Below, piece after piece: positions 7,680 through 16,638 of a stretch of 32,000 bases of DNA (the stretch's first letter is position 1; each line of letters opens with the position of its first letter). This stretch comes from Cupriavidus necator (GTDB lineage: Bacteria > Pseudomonadota > Gammaproteobacteria > Burkholderiales > Burkholderiaceae), in assembly GCF_016127575.1 (NCBI RefSeq), contig NZ_CP066019.1:2850001-2882000 (forward strand), in the 5' to 3' direction. The notes beneath the pieces were generated by a model. It did not search any database. It was not told the origin of the DNA and worked only from the letters and a program-made list of their open reading frames with translations. The position numbers and the translations under genes are program-made.

Positions 7680-8708
7680 CTATGCGCAGACTTGGTGGGA
7701 CGTGCCGAACGCCGACAGCAAGCCCTCCATGGTCCTGTCATAGCAGGACTCCAGCGTGTCCAGGCAATCCGTGCAGGAGTCCACCCGCCGGCGCGCGACC
7801 GCTCGAGCAAGCCGGAACTGCAAGACCTTACTCTCGGTCGCAATGCTGCGTGCGGCGTCAGCCACAGCCTTGGGCGCATTGTATTTTTGCTCGCTGAGCC
7901 AGGCCAGCCAGTGGTGCAGCATTTCGAAGTTGGCGCCGAGCTGACGCGGAAAATTGAAGGAGTACAGGTGGAAATAGGCGTCGTCACGCGCCAGCAGGGT
8001 ATCCATATGCTCGCCGAACACCTGTCGCCAGCAGGCCACCGGGTTGGCTGCAGGGCGTCTGCCCAGGTGGTAGCGCAGCAGGCCGACCGAAGCGTCGACC
8101 AATGCGGATGACGCGAGCGGCGGGCGCACGCGCTTAGCGCATTCGGCATAGGGGAACAAGATGTTGCCGTTGCCGCTGAGATCAGGGAGAAGCCGCAACA
8201 GGCCGCGATAGTTCTCCTCCTGCGCGCTGTGATAGCCGAGGCCGTGGTAGTACCAGAGGCGCTGCGCCTGGCCGTCAATGCGGTCAATGGCGACGGTGGT
8301 CTTGACGTGCTCGCGCCGGTACGCCGTGGCATGCGTGTCGGGCAGATAGTAGCTGTCGGCTTCGAGCAGCACGGTGTGACCGCGTTCGACCTGGGCCATG
8401 ACGTGCGCCTGGAGCGTGTCGTAGACCGCCATTTCTTGCACAACCGTCCCGTACAGCGTCTCCAGGTCCAACTGCGGATACTTGAAGAAGGTAAAGTGAT
8501 CACCCTCAAAGTCTTGCGCCACGGTAAAAGCCAGTCCCGCGCGCGGTTCGAGACCCCAGCGGTGGAGCAGTTCGACCCACAAGTCGATGTAGCAGTTGGT
8601 TTCCTGCCAGATGGCCTCGGCGCTATGCAGCGGGTGGGGATCCGCAATCGCCGGCAGGGTGGCGCCGAATCCGCCGCCGCCCTCGCTGCGTGCTGTGCTT
8701 GCCTTCAT
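7680..8708 (-). CDS. DUF1839-like protein (possible papain-fold / BtrH-like acyl-carrier-protein-dependent transferase)
   Basis: 342 aa from ATG 8708 (GGAGGA upstream); the longer track ORF to 8906 adds a junk-like extension. From memory, the N-terminal block AIWQETNCYIDLWVELLHRWGLEP...FTVAQDFEGDHFTFFKYP matches the DUF1839 family signature. No TM segment or signal peptide. Confidence 0.6.
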   Translation of the reverse strand: MKASTARSEGGGGFGATLPAIADPHPLHSAEAIWQETNCYIDLWVELLHRWGLEPRAGLAFTVAQDFEGDHFTFFKYPQLDLETLYGTVVQEMAVYDTLQAHVMAQVERGHTVLLEADSYYLPDTHATAYRREHVKTTVAIDRIDGQAQRLWYYHGLGYHSAQEENYRGLLRLLPDLSGNGNILFPYAECAKRVRPPLASSALVDASVGLLRYHLGRRPAANPVACWRQVFGEHMDTLLARDDAYFHLYSFNFPRQLGANFEMLHHWLAWLSEQKYNAPKAVADAARSIATESKVLQFRLARAVARRRVDSCTDCLDTLESCYDRTMEGLLSAFGTSHQVCA

Positions 8709-8996
8709 GTCCGGTCCTCCACATCTGTCATGTCCCAAGGCGTGGTCTGCCGGCCTGGGTGTGGACTCCAAATCTAGCGAGTTGGCCTTCGCTCTTCGGT
8801 GCGCTCTCCAACAGACTCGGAGGCCTTTCGGCTGGGTCGAGAGCGGTGCAGGGAGTGCTCCCTCGAGCGGCGGCCAAATGTGAGATAGCCAACGGTGCGA
8901 AGGCACACTTGCAGACAGAATTGCTCAAAGCTCCATCCGGATTCGCGTGCCAATGGATGGACAGCGGGCCGAAGAGCAACGCACCGGGAGCACGAC

Positions 8997-10112
8997 ATGG
9001 GGCAAAAGCTATCAACAGTGCAGTCGCTGCGCGCCATCGCGGCGACGGCGGTGGTCGCCTATCATTCGGCCGCCACGATAAGGATCTTCGGGTGGACGCC
9101 CGGTGCTCTCAGCCATGCGAGCGAGTGGGGATGGAGCGGCGTCGATATTTTCTTCTTCATTTCCGGGTTTGTGATGGTGGCCACGACCTCGGGCCGGCTT
9201 CGCGGAGCGCAGGCGGCAAAGGATTTCATGGTTGCCCGGCTCATGCGAATCGCACCGATGTACTGGATTCTCACCAGCCTGATGCTGGCAGTCGTGTGGG
9301 TGGTACCGAGTCTTAAGAATTCCGAGTTCACGGCGATGCAAATTGTGACCTCCTATCTCTTTATCCCATACGAGGTCAAAGAGCACGGTAACGCCTACCC
9401 GATTCTCTATGTCGGCTGGACGCTGGTCTATGAGATGTTCTTCTATGCGGTTTTCGCCATCTCGATCTGCTTCTCGGAGCGATGCATGCGTTGGGCCTTG
9501 CCCGCCTTCTTTGCAGGGCTTTCGGTACTGTCGCTCACCAGGCCAACGCTATATATCTTCAGGTTCCTGACCTCCCCCCTGCTGCTGGAATTCGTACTCG
9601 GCTGCCTGGTCGCCTGGCTCTACAAATTCGGCTATCGGATCTCCAGGCGGGCTTCTTTCTCCCTGATCGCGGCCGGAGTTTTCGGCTTCCTTGTGCTGAC
9701 CCCCGGTTCTTCGATGGAGGACAGAGTGGTCTTTGCGGGAATCCCCGCGGCGCTGCTGGTTTCCGGGATGGTGTTCTGGGAGAGCGCCGAGGGCTGGATA
9801 GGAGGTAGCTGGTTGCAGGGCATTGGCGATTCCTCATACTCGTTATATCTGTTGCAGGCCTTCACGGTTCCGGCATTTGCCCGGCTGTTCTCCGCGATGG
9901 ACAAGCACAGGGTCTTGCCAGGCGACATTGCATGCGTGTTGTTGGTGATTGCGACGATGATGGTTTCGTTGCTTACTTATCGACTTGTCGAGAAAAGAAT
10001 TGACGCAAAACTGGGCAAGCTTCGCCAGGGTCTTCGGAGAGTTCCTGCTTCCGGTAGCGGAAGACCGGAAGAGCCGGCGGCGCGGCCGGCAGGTCGAGAC
10101 CGAGGGGTATAG
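8997..10112 (+). CDS. Acyltransferase family 3 (OafA/YrhL-type) integral membrane O-acyltransferase
   Basis: 371 aa from ATG 8997 (GGGAG upstream). Typical N-terminus LRAIAATAVVAYHS...WSGVDIFFFISGFVM and about 10 predicted TM helices. Markedly lower GC than its neighbours. Confidence 0.85.
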   Translation: MGQKLSTVQSLRAIAATAVVAYHSAATIRIFGWTPGALSHASEWGWSGVDIFFFISGFVMVATTSGRLRGAQAAKDFMVARLMRIAPMYWILTSLMLAVVWVVPSLKNSEFTAMQIVTSYLFIPYEVKEHGNAYPILYVGWTLVYEMFFYAVFAISICFSERCMRWALPAFFAGLSVLSLTRPTLYIFRFLTSPLLLEFVLGCLVAWLYKFGYRISRRASFSLIAAGVFGFLVLTPGSSMEDRVVFAGIPAALLVSGMVFWESAEGWIGGSWLQGIGDSSYSLYLLQAFTVPAFARLFSAMDKHRVLPGDIACVLLVIATMMVSLLTYRLVEKRIDAKLGKLRQGLRRVPASGSGRPEEPAARPAGRDRGV

Positions 10113-10379
10113 CGGAGGTGGCGTGCGTTCTGTGGTCATCGCCACATAGCAGTGCAACGTTCGCTTTCCGCCGCAACTATACTGAGCCAGCGTGGCGTGT
10201 GGCGGCCACTAATGACTTGCCCGGCCCGGCAAGTGCCGGCGCGGCATGCAGGCTCCCTCCCCCATTCGACGCTTACCCCCTCTGGACCTACATGCCGGCC
10301 ATTCCAGGAAGGATGCCGCCTGCCGGTGGCGCTCCTTACGCCGCCGCCCTGACGGGCGGGATTTCTCGGAGCGAATGTG

Positions 10380-10997
10380 ATGAAGCGCATCTTTGACATC
10401 CTCCTGGCCGTGCTGGCCATCCTGCTGCTCGCCATTCCTCTCCTGTTCCTGATGGGCGCGGTGCGCCTGAGGCTGGGCAAACCGGTCTTCTTCCGGCAGG
10501 TGCGGCCGGGACTTCATGGCGAACCATTCCACATCGTCAAGTTTCGCACCATGACGGATGCTTGCGGCCCGGACGGCGAACTGCTGCCCGATCCGGAGCG
10601 GCTGACAGGATTCGGAGCATTGCTGCGCGCCACAAGCCTTGATGAATTACCGGAGCTCTGGAATGTCGTCAAAGGCGATATGAGTCTGGTCGGGCCGCGG
10701 CCACTGCTGATGGAATACCTGCCGCTCTACACACCGGAGCAGGCACGCCGCCATCTGGTCCGTCCCGGTATTACCGGACTCGCGCAGATCAGTGGACGCA
10801 ACGCTATCAGCTGGGAGGAGAAATTCCGGTTGGACGTCTGGTACGTCGACCATGTATCGGTATGGCTGGACATGGTGATCTTGTGGAAGACCGTCACCAA
10901 GGTCGTGGCGCGCGAGGGGATCAGTGCCGCGGGAGAATTCTCCGCCCCCCGCTTCAAGGGAAGCAAGCCGAGTGCCCCGGATGTCGATGCCGCATGA
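10380..10997 (+). CDS. Small monotopic phosphoglycosyl transferase (bacterial sugar transferase family, PglC/WbaP C-terminal type); priming enzyme
   Basis: 205 aa. KRIFDILLAVLAILLLAIPLLFLMGAVRL re-entrant helix, GKPVFFRQVRPGLHGEPFHIVKFRTM, DELPELWNVVKGDMSLVGPRP, and WYVDHVSVWLDMVIL. Confidence 0.9.
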   Translation: MKRIFDILLAVLAILLLAIPLLFLMGAVRLRLGKPVFFRQVRPGLHGEPFHIVKFRTMTDACGPDGELLPDPERLTGFGALLRATSLDELPELWNVVKGDMSLVGPRPLLMEYLPLYTPEQARRHLVRPGITGLAQISGRNAISWEEKFRLDVWYVDHVSVWLDMVILWKTVTKVVAREGISAAGEFSAPRFKGSKPSAPDVDAA

Positions 10998-11058
10998 CAT
11001 GTCGGATGCTCGCTCGAGACGCAAGGGCGAGTGACCATTCCATGATCTGGAGCCGCCA

Positions 11059-11748
11059 ATGCGATTGTCCTGGGTGCTGATCGTCCATATTGGCGGCGCT
11101 TCACTCACGTTCCCCCTTGCTGCCATGATTGCGCTGCGGCTGGTCTACCTGGGCTTTTGGAGGCAGGCATGCTATTGGCTCCTGTCGCTGGGGGCCGGCG
11201 TGGCCGTCATTCTTGCAGGGAAACTCGCGTTCGAAATTGGGGGATGGTCAATACCATCGGCGAACGTGTACAGCATAAGCGGGCACGCCATGCTTACGGC
11301 TTCGGTCTACCCGGTGCTCTGTGCGATGCTGGGATCGACATGGGGCAGGCGCACAGCCAGGTTCGGCCTGTTTGCCGGTGTATGGGTGGCGGTCGTGGTG
11401 GCGGTTGCCCTGATTGTCGGTCGCTATCATACGCTGGCGGAAACCCTGATCGGCATGGCTGTGGGGTTGACCGTGGCATGGCTCAACCTACATCCCTTTC
11501 GTCCGCTTGCGCGCGCCGGTCAGACGCCGATGCTTGCCCGGCTGGCACTTTGCGGCTTCCTGGTCCTTATTATGCCGGCCGCGCTGCATCCTATCAAAAC
11601 TCGCTTGTGGTCCCATGGGTTGCTTTGGTTCGGTGTCACCGAGCGCTATTTCAGATCCATCGACACCGATCCGGTTTCCGGCCGGACTGTGGTGAATGTC
11701 GAACAGTGCCGTTTGCCGTCTTACCGGGCATGTTCTGACACCTTCTGA
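11059..11748 (+). CDS. Integral membrane protein, degenerate PAP2-like (phosphatase type 2 superfamily?)
   Basis: 229 aa with 5-6 hydrophobic helices. SISGHAM resembles the PAP2 PSGH motif and GRYHTLAETLIG resembles SRx5Hx3D, but the R-H spacing and the terminal acid differ. No clear KxxxxxxRP motif. Confidence 0.5.
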   Translation: MRLSWVLIVHIGGASLTFPLAAMIALRLVYLGFWRQACYWLLSLGAGVAVILAGKLAFEIGGWSIPSANVYSISGHAMLTASVYPVLCAMLGSTWGRRTARFGLFAGVWVAVVVAVALIVGRYHTLAETLIGMAVGLTVAWLNLHPFRPLARAGQTPMLARLALCGFLVLIMPAALHPIKTRLWSHGLLWFGVTERYFRSIDTDPVSGRTVVNVEQCRLPSYRACSDTF

Positions 11749-11770
11749 GCTGCGACGATGGAGTTCACCA

Positions 11771-12439
11771 TCACTGATCACGGATCCGGCGTGCCGTAAT
11801 CTGGTAGGTACCGGCAGTGATGAACTGCCGGTCCTTGGCGTTGGCGGAGACGCCGGTGTGAGAGTCGACAACGCAATCGGCACCGATTGTCACGCCTGGG
11901 TAGAGCGTTGCACGTGTCCCCAGGAAACACCGCGGTCCGACGGTGGCGTTGCCATTGAGGACCGCGTGAGGTGACAGCACAGAGCATGCGCCCGCCCGGG
12001 AACCATGGCCGATCCCGCTGAAGACATTGGCCACCACGCCATCCTCCACCAATGCGCCCCGACTGACGACAGTGAATGGAAAGATCAGTGCACCCACGCC
12101 CAGGCGGGCGGAAGGCGAGACAAGGGCCGTGCTGTGTACATACAGCGGAACCTCGATCCCGATTTGCAAGAGCCAAGACAGTACGTCCTGCCGTGCCTGG
12201 GTGGCAGCTATCGCGACCAGCACTGCCTGGTGCGACGCGGGGCGGAACTGACGTATCGGTCCCAGATGCGGCAGATCTATGCCGTCCGGAACCTTGCCCG
12301 GCCTGTCATCGATGAAGCCCGCTACAACCGGTCCGCCGCACAATGCTTCTGCCTGCAGATAATCATAGAGTTCCACCCCGAGCCCGCCGGCGCCGGCGAT
12401 GACCACTGAAGAGACGGCAGACGCGTGAACGAGTGGCAT
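11771..12439 (-). CDS. NeuD/PglD-family sugar N/O-acetyltransferase (N-terminal Rossmann-like domain plus left-handed beta-helix)
   Basis: 222 aa from ATG 12439 (GGAGGG about 10 nt upstream); the track start at 12520 is a GTG. VVIAGAGGLGVELYDYL N-domain, then hexapeptide-repeat C-terminus (GIGHGSRAGACSVLSPHAVLNGNATVGPRCFLGTRATLYPGVTIGADCVV). Confidence 0.8.
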   Translation of the reverse strand: MPLVHASAVSSVVIAGAGGLGVELYDYLQAEALCGGPVVAGFIDDRPGKVPDGIDLPHLGPIRQFRPASHQAVLVAIAATQARQDVLSWLLQIGIEVPLYVHSTALVSPSARLGVGALIFPFTVVSRGALVEDGVVANVFSGIGHGSRAGACSVLSPHAVLNGNATVGPRCFLGTRATLYPGVTIGADCVVDSHTGVSANAKDRQFITAGTYQITARRIRDQ

Positions 12440-12535
12440 GGCTGATGGGCCCTCCGGTGAAGCCGTGTGAAAGTCGGCGGTGGTGGCGGCCGACGGCTGG
12501 GAGACAGCCGGGGACGACACCGACCGCCGCTTTAG

Positions 12536-14758
12536 CTAGGCCCGCTTGCTCTGTCCATTGCCGTATTCGGCGAGATAGCGATACTTGCCGAAGTAGTTGT
12601 GGGACCGGTACCAGCGTCCCTCGATCAGAAGGCCGTTGAAGAGCACGCCCTTGATGTCGGCGCCGGCCTGCTGGATGGCCCGTTGCGCCGCGATCAACTC
12701 GTCGGTGGTGGTCTTCTCGGCACGCGCGACGAGGAACACTACGCCAGCCTTGCTCGCCAGGATGCTCGCGTCGGCAGCGGCAAGCACTGGCGGGGTATCG
12801 ATCAGCACGAGGTCATAGCGCGATTTGAGTTGCTCAAGCAGGGAATCTATGCTGGAAGTCAGCAGCAAATCCGCCGCGTGTGGTGGTTGCGTGCCGGTCG
12901 AGATAAAGTCCAGGCCGGGCGCCACTTGCCGCTGCAAAACCTGTTCCAGCGGCGCGCCCATCAGCAGTTCGGTCAAGCCTGGCCCGCGCCTGGCATCAAA
13001 GAGGCTCTGCAGGCTGCCGCGGCGCAGGTCGGCATCGATAAGCACCACGCGGCTGCCAGCGGCGGCAATCGCGGCAAAGTTCGCGCAGACAAAGGATTTG
13101 CCGACGCCCGGGGCGGGCCCGGTGATCATCACCGTCCGACTATTGCTCCCAGCCATGGCGAAACGCAATGCCGTGCGGAAGCTGCGCAGACTCTCCACGG
13201 CCGGGTCGTCCGGCTGCTGTAGTGCCAGCAGGTTGCCGCCGGATGGCAGCTCTGACTGCTGCTTGCTGAAGGGGATGGTCGAATAGACGGTCATCCCTGT
13301 CTGCCTCTCGATCTCGTCCGCGTCGGCCACGCCGCCATCGAGCATATGGCGCATGAAGATCGCCAGCAGGCCGGCAAGCAAGCCCAGGGCCAGCGACATC
13401 CCCGCAATCATCGCCCGATCAGGCCGCACTGGTTTGAGCGGCACATCGGCCGGGTCGACAATCCTCGCGGTTCCCACTTTGCTTGCCTTGACCAGTTTCA
13501 GCTGCTGCACCTCGTTTAGCAGCGTCTGAAGCAACTCAGTGCTGACCTTGACGTCGCGCATCAGGCGAAGCACATTCTGTTCCACATCCGGCAGCTTCTG
13601 GATCCGCCCGGATACACCGTTCAGCTGGCCGTTCAGGCCGGCAATCTGGTTGTCGATGAGTGCGATCGCCGGGTGATTGGAGGTAAAGCGTGCAGCCAGC
13701 TCCTGGCGCTTCTGCTGCAATTCCTGAAGCTTGGTCTGGATCTGTACCGACTGGCCCAGGATCAGCTTGGACTCCTCGCTGAGGTCGATGGTGCCGCGTT
13801 GATTGCGCATCGCGTTATACCGGGTCTCGGCCACATCGACCTGCTGCCTGAGCAGCGGCAGTTGTCCCTCGAGAAAGGCCAGCGACTTCTCGGCTTCAGC
13901 GGCTTTGCGGCGGATGTTCTGGTCAACATAGGCGTTACCGATCTCGTTGAGGACAGCTGCCGTCATGTCCGGCGAGATTCCCTCCAGCGACACGCCGATC
14001 ACGCCGCTTTGCTTGCCACGCTCGCTGATCGCCAGCTTCTCCTGCAATCGCGTGATGGCCGCGCCGCGCGGCAGGCGACGGAGTACGAACTGGACACCGG
14101 GGCGTCCGTCGATCTGGCTGACCAGCATGGTGACCGTCCCGGTGGCCGTGCTGATCGTCAATGGCGATCCCACCTTGCCGGTAGCCTCGACATTGTCGCT
14201 GGCAAACCGCACCCTGTACGCGTCGTCACCCAGCGCGGTCAACGTGATCTTGCGTTCCTCCATGGGCGCTGGCACGTCGAGCTGGGCCACGGTGATCGAT
14301 TCATGGCCCCACGCGAAGCCGCCCCATCCAAACAGCCCCGGGTGCGACAGTTCAGGATTGAAATTGGCGATTGCCGGGCCAATCAGCGGGAAATAGCGCG
14401 GTGCGGCTTCGATATACAGACGCAGGTCGTCGACCGCCTTGCCGACTACCATCCGTGAGCGCAGGAGTTCGATCTCCGCAGAAGCCGCGGGTTTGACGTC
14501 GAAAGCCGGCGAGACGCCGGCTGCGAGCTTGCCTATCGAGTTACCGCTCGAGTCCTCCACTTGTACCGTCATGTCGGTGCGGTAGACCGGCTTTGCCAGG
14601 ATGGCGTAGATGAGACCGAGGCCGATGATGACTCCGGCGACGGACAGGAAGGTCCGTCGATAGCGGGCCAGCAAATCGAGATAGGAGGTGAGGTCCACTG
14701 CCGGCTCGCGCTCGTCCGCGCCAGCGGGGGCCTGGTATCGCGTACCGATCGGTTTCAT
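12536..14758 (-). CDS. wzc: Polysaccharide co-polymerase / tyrosine autokinase Wzc (EpsB-like), paralog 2, canonical
   Basis: 740 aa from ATG 14758, which overlaps the wzb stop (ATGA). Two TM segments flank a coiled-coil periplasmic domain. Walker A GPAPGVGKS, A' VVLIDADLRRG, B DLVLIDTPP. Tyr-rich tail: RWYRSHNYFGKYRYLAEYG. Confidence 0.95.
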   Translation of the reverse strand: MKPIGTRYQAPAGADEREPAVDLTSYLDLLARYRRTFLSVAGVIIGLGLIYAILAKPVYRTDMTVQVEDSSGNSIGKLAAGVSPAFDVKPAASAEIELLRSRMVVGKAVDDLRLYIEAAPRYFPLIGPAIANFNPELSHPGLFGWGGFAWGHESITVAQLDVPAPMEERKITLTALGDDAYRVRFASDNVEATGKVGSPLTISTATGTVTMLVSQIDGRPGVQFVLRRLPRGAAITRLQEKLAISERGKQSGVIGVSLEGISPDMTAAVLNEIGNAYVDQNIRRKAAEAEKSLAFLEGQLPLLRQQVDVAETRYNAMRNQRGTIDLSEESKLILGQSVQIQTKLQELQQKRQELAARFTSNHPAIALIDNQIAGLNGQLNGVSGRIQKLPDVEQNVLRLMRDVKVSTELLQTLLNEVQQLKLVKASKVGTARIVDPADVPLKPVRPDRAMIAGMSLALGLLAGLLAIFMRHMLDGGVADADEIERQTGMTVYSTIPFSKQQSELPSGGNLLALQQPDDPAVESLRSFRTALRFAMAGSNSRTVMITGPAPGVGKSFVCANFAAIAAAGSRVVLIDADLRRGSLQSLFDARRGPGLTELLMGAPLEQVLQRQVAPGLDFISTGTQPPHAADLLLTSSIDSLLEQLKSRYDLVLIDTPPVLAAADASILASKAGVVFLVARAEKTTTDELIAAQRAIQQAGADIKGVLFNGLLIEGRWYRSHNYFGKYRYLAEYGNGQSKRA

Positions 14759-15231
14759 GATGCCTCTCCTTGAACATGTGCGGGTGCAGCAGCAGCCCCC
14801 AGCCGTGTAGACCATGATGCGATGCCCTGCTTGATCAGTTCCAGCACGATGCCGAACATCTTCGGCGAGCATCCATACGGATCCGGCACATCCGTGTGCG
14901 TATATTCGCAAAGCCGGTGGGTTTTCCCGCGCGCGTGCGGGAAAACCCGCTCGAGCTCGTCGCGTTGCTCGCTGTCCATCACGAGGATCAGATCTGCCGC
15001 CGCCACCAGTGCGTCATCGACGGCGCGTGCGCGGTGACCGACGATATCGAACCCCTCGCGTGCAAGCAGCCTGACAGCGTTCGGATCAGCGGGGGCGCCG
15101 ACCGGCGGTGCGAGCCCGGCGGAAACCACCTCGCAAGCAGGCAGGACATGGCCCAGCAGGCAAGCCGCCATCGGGCTGCGACAGATGTTACCGATGCACA
15201 CCACCAGGATTGAGTGAACCATCTCTCGCAT
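14755..15231 (-). CDS. wzb: Low-molecular-weight protein-tyrosine phosphatase (Wzb/EpsP-like)
   Basis: 158 aa. Signature CX5R(S) P-loop (ILVVCIGNICRSPMA) and a DP loop (DVPDPYG). The start could also be the ATG at 15222. Confidence 0.95.
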   Translation of the reverse strand: MREMVHSILVVCIGNICRSPMAACLLGHVLPACEVVSAGLAPPVGAPADPNAVRLLAREGFDIVGHRARAVDDALVAAADLILVMDSEQRDELERVFPHARGKTHRLCEYTHTDVPDPYGCSPKMFGIVLELIKQGIASWSTRLGAAAAPAHVQGEAS

Positions 15232-15235
15232 CCCA

Positions 15236-16417
15236 CTATTTGAATGCCGTGGCCGAACTGAAAACGGGCTGTGTACTCGGCAGCAACTGGTTGATCACAC
15301 GGCTCCAGCGGACCACTTCGCGTGCATTCACATAAACCACGTCCTTCGGTTCCAGCTCGAAGCCCTCGGCGATAGCCAGCGCCGCCGGAGAGTTGCCATC
15401 CAGGTGGAAGACATTGGGCTCGCCATCCACCGCCTTCCGAATCACGTAGATCTGCTCCGCATTGCCGGAATTCGGATTGACCCCACCGGCATCGCCAAGT
15501 GCCTCGTTCAGTGTCATCCGCCCGTTGCGCATCAGCAAGGAAGCCGGACGCACCACTTCGCCGGTGACGAAGATCTTGTTGTCTTCGCGCTGTTCCACGC
15601 GGACGATGTCGCCGGAGCGCAGCAGAATGCGGGATGGATCGATGCCCTTGGCGAGCAGCGCGGGGATGTTGACATACCAGCTGCGCTCGCCTCGGGTGAT
15701 ACGGATGCGGCTGTTGTCACCGGTCAGATTCAGCACGCCGCCGGCGCGATTGAGCGCTTCCACCAGAGTCATGGGCGCGTCGTCGATGGGCTGCATGCCA
15801 GGCAGCTTGACCTCGCCGTCGACATAGACACGCTGGCTGCGAAAGCCAAGCACACGCACGGTCATCTGGGGATTCCTGACCACTCGCGATAGCACACGCG
15901 CCATCTGGTCGCGAACATCGTTTGCCGTCTTTCCGGCCACCTTCATGACACCGGCGTAGGGGAACTGAATATCGCCATGTGCGCTGACCACATAGCCAGG
16001 CACGTTGGCGCCACCGCTCGACGAAGGGATTTCGAAGGAGGCGCCGATGCTGTAAGTCTGCGTGGGAAAGACCAGTTCCGGATGGTCCCATACCACGACC
16101 GAGATGATGTCCCCCGGGCCGATACGATAAGGCTGCGGCGTTGCGAACAGTTCCTGGACCCGATCGTTGTCCGTACGGGCCTTGTTGCGTTGCGCTTTCA
16201 CCAGGTCCAGGGTGATCGGCGTGACCTTGGGCACGACTTCCGGCCCGATCGCGCTCACTACCGCCTTGTTATCGAAGTACATGCCGGGCGATGCGGCGCA
16301 AGCCGCAAGCAGGGCGGTGGCCACAAGTATTGTCAGACTGGTCCGAGATTGAATGCGCCAATTGACTGGTCTCACGGCGGTCTCCTTGCTGATAGCAGCG
16401 GACATCGCACCGCACAT
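15236..16417 (-). CDS. wza: Outer-membrane polysaccharide export lipoprotein (Wza/EpsA, OPX family)
   Basis: Lipobox LLAAC after a hydrophobic signal. Polysaccharide-export motif YRIGPGDIISVVVWDHPEL and repeated SLBB-like units (VYVDGEVKLPG, IFVTGEVVRPA). The start is set at ATG 16417 (GGGGGA upstream); ATG 16405 is also possible. The 5' part of the track ORF up to 16657 is Arg-rich junk. Confidence 0.9.
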   Translation of the reverse strand: MCGAMSAAISKETAVRPVNWRIQSRTSLTILVATALLAACAASPGMYFDNKAVVSAIGPEVVPKVTPITLDLVKAQRNKARTDNDRVQELFATPQPYRIGPGDIISVVVWDHPELVFPTQTYSIGASFEIPSSSGGANVPGYVVSAHGDIQFPYAGVMKVAGKTANDVRDQMARVLSRVVRNPQMTVRVLGFRSQRVYVDGEVKLPGMQPIDDAPMTLVEALNRAGGVLNLTGDNSRIRITRGERSWYVNIPALLAKGIDPSRILLRSGDIVRVEQREDNKIFVTGEVVRPASLLMRNGRMTLNEALGDAGGVNPNSGNAEQIYVIRKAVDGEPNVFHLDGNSPAALAIAEGFELEPKDVVYVNAREVVRWSRVINQLLPSTQPVFSSATAFK

Positions 16418-16638
16418 GCCATGTCCCCCGACGAATGCATAGTAGGAGCGGCTGCTCCATGCTTCGGTGCGGTTGCGCACAGTAAGTACATGCACGTGAG
16501 AGCCGCGCTTCTGCGAGCGCCAGGCCGCTCCGCGCCGGCTTGCACGCCGGTCTTCGCACACACCCCTTCCCGGTGATCGCGGCATGGCCATCCAACTCAA
16601 CCACGCCATTGCTTTTGCTCCTGGCGCTGACCCAATCA

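Noticed and set aside
10344-10359. Hairpin CCGCCC-tgac-GGGCGG followed by GATTTCTC, about 20 nt upstream of the priming transferase start. Also a 7-bp hairpin at 10215-10234.
   Set aside because: The stems are short with a weak U-tract, and the position just before an RBS is odd for a terminator. Such GC hairpins arise easily in GC-rich DNA. It cannot be separated from chance without expression data.
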